From NCBI GenBank assembly GCA_964016885.1, contig CAXHJY010000542.1:5324-69323 (forward strand): DNA of 64,000 nt. Direction: 5' to 3'. The translations under genes were made by a program, and so were the position numbers. The notes under the pieces are model-generated. The model made no database searches, had not been told where the DNA came from, and saw only the letters and a list, made by a program, of their open reading frames with translations. Shown here piece after piece: positions 55,991 through 64,000 of this stretch. This DNA comes from Eledone cirrhosa (taxonomy: Eukaryota). Position 1 is the first letter of the stretch; each line of letters begins with the position of its first letter.

Positions 55991-57527
55991 CCTTTGGCTT
56001 TTTAAGAAGCTGTTCTTATTAATGGTACCAATAGTAAAGTTTCTATTGAAATAATTGTTTCTACGTTAGACACAAGGCCAGCAAATACCCAGTGCATTAC
56101 TGGTACTTTATTTTATCGACCCCGTAAGGATGAAAGGCAAAGTTAACCTTGGCGGGATTTGAACTCAGAATGGCAAGGGCCGTAACTCTATACGTCAAAG
56201 CATGGCGTCCGACCCTCTACCGATACTGCCAATCCACCGCAGTGGTTTCTTATATAGGCACAAGCCTGCAATTTTTTTTTTTTTGCGGGGGAAAGTCGAT
56301 TAAATCGACTCCAGTGCGTGACTGGTACTTTATTTTATCGACCGCGTAAGGATGAAAGGCAAAGTTAACCTCGGCGGGATTTGAACTCAGATCATAAAGG
56401 GCCGTAACTCTATGCTACAAAGCATCGCGTCCGAACCTCTACCGATACTGCCAATCTACCGCCCTTTTCTATTTAAGGAGACTATGAGATATCTGAAAAC
56501 GGATTAAAAGAAATGGTAATTGAAATCAAATAGAAATTTCTGGAAGTATTCCATAGAGGATACATTTCCATCGATTTCACTCTTTGAATTCTTGTGACGC
56601 CTGCTTTAGCAATGTTAAGCGGCGAACCGAAACTTACACTTGAGATCAATATCTCAGTGACTATTGGCGGCAAATTGGCAGAGTCGTTAGAAGGTAGAAT
56701 GCTTTGAGGTGTTCGTTCCAGTCCTCTGCACTCTGAGGTCAAATCCCACCGAGGTCAATGAATAAAGTACCAGCTCAGTACTGAGGTCGATTCTTCCTCT
56801 ATATCACTCTATCTCTCTATCTCCTTATCTGGAAGAAATCGGCTAAGTTCTGATGTAGAGAGAGGATGGTCTCCGTCAGGTTTAAAATGCCCATGACACA
56901 CACCGTATGTCACTATGGTGACCCCACGACTCCATCAGGAGTTAGGGTCTCTATATACATCCCAGGTACGATATTTCACCCATTTGAGCAATGCGCCGGA
57001 ATGTAGGCGCCAAGTAACGTCATAGGTAAAGTCTAAGTAAACATGGATCACAACCTAGTGTCTCTTTTACTTCAGTTGAGCTTCGAGGTCCCTTAAAAAA
57101 AGTATAGTACTAGGGTAGATTCTTCCTTTATGTCCCTTTCTCACATCCTTTCTCTCTCTCTCACTCTCTATCCTTTTCTGGAAGAAATCCGCTATGCTTT
57201 AAAATGACCAAGAAACGCCGTATGTCAATACAGTTCCCCAAGACACCATGAGGAGCGACGGGACCATACCATACCATAACATAACATATACTTATAAGTA
57301 CACCAAGAAAATGTTGTCCCCGACATCAACAATCCTTCGACTGTACCTTCATTTTCGTATGGAATTCTAATTCCTGTTTTAAAATTGTCCGTGCATGTTA
57401 CCAATATCGCCAAACATGCTATACCAAAATACTCACTCGGTAAAATATATGTCTGGATGTCGAAAGTCGACAGTCGATCGACAAGATGCCAGACCCTCAT
57501 TCGCTTAACGAGTTGGGAGGAGCACGT

Positions 57528-57725
57528 TCAAATCGGACCGAGGAAACAATGTTTCCATTGGTATTTCCAATTGCTAATACTATCTGTCGGTCGCAAATCC
57601 AGGTAGAAGGAGCAACGTGACATAAAGTGCTTTTCTCAAGGACATAACGCATCGCCCGGTCCGGGAATCGAACTCACAACCTCACGATTGCGAATCCAAT
57701 TCTGTAACTACTCAGTCACGTTCCT
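57528..57725 (-). mobile_element. CORE-like tRNA SINE copy
   Basis: Reverse complement of most of 30363-30582. Confidence 0.75.
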
Positions 57726-58949
57726 GTATGCGTGTTGTTATTATTGACGAAAGCGTCGCTAAAATTATTCTCATTGCTATAAAATTCTTCAAAAAAATTC
57801 ACCTTCGCCTTTCTTCAAAGTCTGTGGGTTCTGATGCAAAATGTTTCTTCATTATATCTTTTATTCCATTTTTTGTTTATTTCTCTTGTGTAAATGTATT
57901 TCGTGCAAGTTTTTTCCCTTTACGAGGTTGTTGCCTTCATCTCCGGCCGCCCGCCATTTTGAATGTAACCGCTACAAAACAAAACTATTTTAAAATGCCA
58001 TTTTCTCTATAAACGTGGGGAGGGGGGGGATTACTGCAAGCCATTAACTAATTACTTTTCTATGCTGAAATTCTGCATTAAATAAAACACTTTTCCAGTT
58101 AATTTCCTCGGAATAAACACATACAGAGACAGCAAACATAATTGTGATAATAATGGTTTCTGATTTAGGCGCAAAGCCAACAATTCAGGAGGAGGGGAAA
58201 GTCGATTAAATCAACACCAGTGCATTACTGGTACTTTATTTTATCGACCTCGTATGGATGAAAGGTAAAGCTGACCATGGCAGAATTTGAACTCAAAATG
58301 TAAAGGGACGTGACACTATTCCACTAACTTTGTTGTCCAACTCTCTACCGATACTACCAATCCACTGCCATAGAGTAATAATAATAATAATAATAATAAT
58401 TTTGTTTCTACTTTAGGCACAAGGCCAGCAATTACCCAGTACATTACTGGTACTTTATTTTATCGACCCCCGTAAGGATGAAAGGCAAAGTTAACCTCGG
58501 CGGGATTTGAACTCAGACTGTAAAGGGACGTAACTATGCTAGAAAACATGGCGTCCAACCCTCTACCGATACTGCCAATAATAATAATAATAATAATAAT
58601 GGTTTCGGATTTAGGCACAAGGCCAACAATTTAGGGAGAGAGGAAAGTCGAAAGTTCCACTCCATTTGGAGTTTATTTAAAATATGAGGCGAATTAATAG
58701 AGGAAATTTATCTGTGATATTTCTAAACAGTTTCTAATTCCAATTAAAGCCCCCCACCGCTCACCCACACCTCACCATTCTGCCACAAACTGAGCAGAAT
58801 TTCGTCATTCATTTAGTCGCTTAATTATTTGGATTTTTATCATATATTTTATTAGAAATCGGTTGTCTAATATGATTCCCTCTGAAAATATCTCAATAAT
58901 TTCGTTATAATTGAATGCGACAACACAGCTTGGTTGATTTATTTATTTG

Positions 58950-59293
58950 ATTGTGTTGTGTGGTGTTGTGTGGTGTTGTGTTGTGTTGTGTGGTGTTGTG
59001 TGGTGTTGTGTTGTGTTGTGTTGTGTGTGTTGTGTTGTGTTGTGTGTGTTGTGTTGTGTTGTGTTGTGTTGTGTGGTGTTGTGTTGTGTTGTGTGGTGTT
59101 GTGTTGTGTGGTGTTGTGTTGTGTTGTGTTGTGTTGTGTGGTCTTGTGTGGTCTTGTGTGGTGTGGTGTGGTGTTGTGTTGTGTTGTGTGGTGTGGTGTG
59201 GTGTGGTGGTGTGGTGTGGTGTGGTGTGGTGTGTGGTGTGGTGTGGTGTGGTGTGGTGTGGTGTGTGGTGTGGTGTGGTGTGGTGTGGTGTGG
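58950..59293. repeat. (TGTGT/TGTGG)n pentanucleotide tract
   Basis: Direct reading. Confidence 0.93.
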
Positions 59294-59826
59294 TTTATTT
59301 ATTAATAGAAAGGAATTGACATATGCATTGTTGTTAGACATGCAAACATAGATTTATACATGCAAACACAAACACATATATTTATTCATGCAAATACACA
59401 TATATACATACACATGTATACAGTCAAGCACACATACACATATTTAGACATGCAAACACACAGTGACATACACATTTATATATGCAAACACACATACAGA
59501 TATACACATATTTATACATGTAAACACATAGAGACATACACATATTTATACAGTCAAACACACATAGAGACATACACATATTTATACATGTAAACACATA
59601 GAGACATACACATATTTATACAGTCGAACACACATAGAGACATACACATATTTATACATGCAAACACACATACAGACACATACGCCAACATACTCTTATA
59701 CACACAAAAACACAAACACACACATACACACACACACATATATATATGTATATATAATTATGGCCTAATATCTATACACTCTGTATCTATATGCATTTAT
59801 GAATTATATATATGGCAATATTACAC

Positions 59827-59874
<48 letters not shown>

Positions 59875-59907
59875 ATATAATTCATAAATGTATATAGATA
59901 CAGAGTG

Positions 59908-59938
<31 letters not shown>

Positions 59939-60020
59939 ATGAGAAAACTCTTAGTGTGAAGTTTGGGTTTGAAATAAATCTTTTGTGGCATCAGTCCTGG
60001 AACTTTTCTGACACACCTCG

Positions 60021-60053
<33 letters not shown>

Positions 60054-60102
60054 ATATATATGTGTGTGTATACATATATGTGTGTATGTATACATATATA
60101 TG

Positions 60103-60167
<65 letters not shown>

Positions 60168-60272
60168 AGATAAATTAACGGAGTCATAGACTCGCGGTAT
60201 TCCCTGTAAATTATGTGCTCAAAGGAAAATGAATCCTGAGCTCTGCAAAATACAATATGTAGAAAGGATAAC

Positions 60273-60368
<96 letters not shown>

Positions 60369-60649
60369 TCAACAAACAGGGAAATCTCCAGTGTATGGAA
60401 TCTATAAACTACGGAAGGTAAGGTAGACACATAATAATTAAAAATATAAATCAAAACCTGTATAGGCACCTCTATAACTATATATCACACACGTGGTTTC
60501 CCTGTTTATTGGTCGCACACACACTCTCTCTCTCTAGTGTGTTATCCTTCCTACATATTATATATATATATATATACACATACATATATACATACATACA
60601 TATATACATACATACATATATACATACATATATATATACATACACATAC

Positions 60650-60697
<48 letters not shown>

Positions 60698-60936
60698 ATG
60701 GTTTGGGAGGGTCATGTTGCCAATAAGAAACACACGCACCAGTTGCTTTCACTCCAATTTATTATATATTAAATTTATAAATTTAAGAATTTAGAAATTT
60801 CCGGTTGGTTGGTTGGTTCCATAACCGGACGGTTGTTCATTTATTGTCAAAGTTCTTTCGTCACACATTCTGTGACCTCTTCAGTGACTGGGGATTCTTT
60901 TCTTTGTTTTTGTGCCTCTCCTTTGGTCTGTCGAAA

Positions 60937-61220
<284 letters not shown>

Positions 61221-61540
61221 TGTTATACTTGGGGAGGGTCATATTTGTGTAATAATATTCCCAGAATTAATAACAGAACACACTCACTGTTTGGTTGGTT
61301 TTCGCTTCTGTGTTTTTTATATCGGTTAATTTAATTTATTCGGGCCTCAATGTTACCATTGACCAACAGATACAATTTAGACACAAACACATATATATAG
61401 TCTATCAAAGTTCTTTCGTTGCACATCTGCAACATCGTCAGTGGTGCTATTATGTTTCCTCCCGTTGCATTGTATGCCTACGCCATCTTTATTTAGTCTG
61501 TTTATTTATTTATTTATATATATATATCTCTAACTTACAG

Positions 61541-61724
61541 TCTTTACCAAGTGGTGTTGATTATGATGCCTATGTCTTAGTGTTCGGCATTGATGACAGA
61601 CAGAGTTTCAACGACGCCGTCGATTTTCTTTATCGTTTCCGTAAAGAAGATGTCCACAATTGCCTGGTCGTTTTGGTGGCCAATAAAGTCGATTTAGTCA
61701 GAAACCGTGTCATCACTACTGAAG
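61541..61724 (+). CDS. RGK-like small GTPase, internal exon (G4 box)
   Basis: ctaac branch-point-like motif and ttacag acceptor at 61540; GTAACT donor at 61725; 184 nt (phase 0 to 1). Encodes SLPSGVDYDAYVLVFGIDDRQSFNDAVDFLYRFRKEDVHNCLVVLVANKVDLVRNRVITTE, with G4 NKxD and the RGK-typical DLVR.R. Confidence 0.9.
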
Positions 61725-62039
61725 GTAACTACATCCCTTTCATCATCGTTCTCCGTCTATTTACCATTGTACCTCTCTTTTATATATATGAATTTTCTGT
61801 ATATTTTCCATATTCTCTCTCTTCCCCTCTTTCTCTCTCTCTTTCTCTCTTTCTCTCTCTCGCCCCTCTCTCTCTTTCTCTCCCTTTCTCTACCACTCTC
61901 TCGTCCATATCCCTCCCTCTTTTCATTATGTATTAACCGATTCATCGATCTATCCATGTAGATATTATATATATATATATATATATATGATTTCCTCCGA
62001 ATGAAACAGTTCTAGTCCTGTAGAAGCCATTTCTATATT

Positions 62040-62152
<113 letters not shown>

Positions 62153-62441
62153 ACACAACTAACTATAATAAGATACGTTATCCATAATAGTACTTTGTTA
62201 TATATAGTACAGAAGAAATGGTAGAACGGCAAAAAATGCTTTGCAATATTTAGTTACCACCCTTTAGGTTCTGAATTCATATTCCATCGAGTTCAACTGT
62301 AGTTTTCATCCTTTTAAAATCGATTAAATAATTGCCAGTTTAGTAGTGTGAAAGGAAGAGATGGATCTAATCTACTGTGTCATTCGGAAAAATAATAAAT
62401 AAGTGGCCTTGTGAGCAATTCATATTTATTTATCATTGCAG

Positions 62442-62689
62442 AAGCCAAAGGAATTGCATCTGCCTACGACTGCAAGTACATAGAATCATCCACCATATTG
62501 AATCACCATCTTGACGAATTACTCGTCTGCCTCGTCAGCGAAATCAGATCTCGTCAACGTAAATCTCGTTCTTCTCACGAGAAATCTTCTCAAAAGAGTC
62601 GTTCACCGGTTTCACCCAAACATCTCTTCAACAAGTTATTTCGACGAGGAAGTATTTCGAAATCTTACGAAAACCTTGCTGAAGATTAA
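62442..62689 (+). CDS. RGK-like small GTPase, terminal coding exon
   Basis: ttgcag acceptor ending 62441; phase 1 matches the previous exon (G+AA = Glu). Encodes AKGIASAYDCKYIESSTILNHHLDELLV (G5 region, cf. RGK CKFIETSAxLxHNVxEL), then a basic tail and KLFRRGSISKSYENLAED*, resembling the RGK SKSCxxL terminus. Confidence 0.9.
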
Positions 62690-63327
62690 ATGAACTTAAA
62701 CACAGACCTGTGTGCAAAAACAAAACAAAAAAATTTACAAATGAAAACAGTCTTACATTTTATTAAATTTTCTTTCTTTTTGCACTTCTGTGCAGTTTTT
62801 TTAATCTATTTATTTCATTTTATTTTATTTTATTTTTCATATTTGATATGCTTAAACACGATCAGTGAATGAAATTACATTTTGTCTTTTTAAAGTTTCT
62901 TTTGTATATCTGTATATCTTGTGATTCTATTATATTTACTCAATCATGATCGCTTTTTCATTTTTAATACTTTCCATTTTTTTTCTTTTCTTCCATTCTT
63001 CTTTTTAAAATTCCTTACAAACGGAGTCAATATTTAAAGTCTTTTTACAAAATGGCTACTTATTCGGGTCTTTTGACACAGGACAAGACAGACAGTCCCA
63101 TTTTCCTTTGAGCGATAAAAGTAACACGAAGCACACTAGATGGGATAGTTCCTACCCCCACATTGCGATAATAAGAGGGGTAAAAAGAAATTTGCGACAA
63201 AACGAAATCGGTTGATGAAGATATGCCCTAACAAATATGAACGACATTCAAAACTTACGTGAATATTTTTCACGTACGGTTTCGACGAAGCAGTTCCTTT
63301 TTCTATACGAAAACAAACATATCATAA

Positions 63328-63433
<106 letters not shown>

Positions 63434-63466
63434 ACGTATATATGCATATATATATACACACACACA

Positions 63467-63512
<46 letters not shown>

Positions 63513-63589
63513 ACGGATATTATACCCAATATATTTTAGGAAGTATCACGTTATGAATTTAAATTGGCGAAAGAGAGAGAGAGGGGGAG

Positions 63590-63720
63590 CTGCCTCCAGG
63601 CTAAAACGGGCAGAATGAAAAAGGCGTTGATGTCTCGGAGGATAGCGAGGGAAACACGTTGAAAAAGCCATTCCAAGTCGTGGGGTTTAACCTTACGAGT
63701 GGCCAACTCCGATAACTGTG
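63590..63720 (-). mobile_element. Possible CRE-clade non-LTR element C-terminal remnant
   Basis: SELATRKVKPHDLEWLFQRVSLAILRD resembles the LFQR(I/L)SxA(I/V)QRGNA terminus of CRE-like RLE proteins; short. Confidence 0.45.
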
Positions 63721-64000
63721 CGTTGGGAGGGTGGTAGGGGACCAAGAAGGCGATGAGTCTACGCCGCCATATGTTTAACAAAAAGCCAGTTCAATTCATT
63801 GGAGCTCACCCTTGCGGCGGTCAACTCCAGCCCGGTATCGGTGTGTAGGGAGGATGGTCCGGGGACCAAGAACGTTACAAATCTCTACTGATACGGGTTT
63901 GACAAGAAGCCAGTTCACTTTGTTGGGTTTCACCTTTGCAGGGTAGCGAACACCCCTCGCCCTATTCCGATAGCAGTGTGTGGGAGGGTTGTACGGGGAC

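Overview
Eukaryotic (animal) genomic DNA, extremely rich in microsatellites. The density of (TA)n/(CA)n tracts and the SINE families suggest a coleoid cephalopod such as Octopus; this is inference only. One host gene is supportable: three phase-consistent + strand exons (46561-46643, 61541-61724, 62442-62689) encoding the 3' part of an RGK-like (Rem/Rad/Gem) small GTPase. Its G1-box exon was not found in the window. The rest is repeats: tRNA-derived SINEs of several families, 5'-truncated non-LTR retrotransposons (Penelope-like GIY-YIG, Tx1/L1, RTE, R4/Dong-like, CRE-like), MITEs, minisatellites and simple repeats. Nearly all long ORFs in the track are microsatellite artefacts. The strongest unexplained signal is a set of type I hammerhead ribozymes (HHRs): five with intact CUGANGA/GAAA/NUH cores, including one with a large branched stem II and a tandem pair 341 nt apart, plus degenerate copies. 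They lie in non-coding elements embedded in (TA)n tracts, alongside long fold-back palindromes, several of which turn just 5' of a hammerhead GAAA. All structures were read by eye and none was computed.
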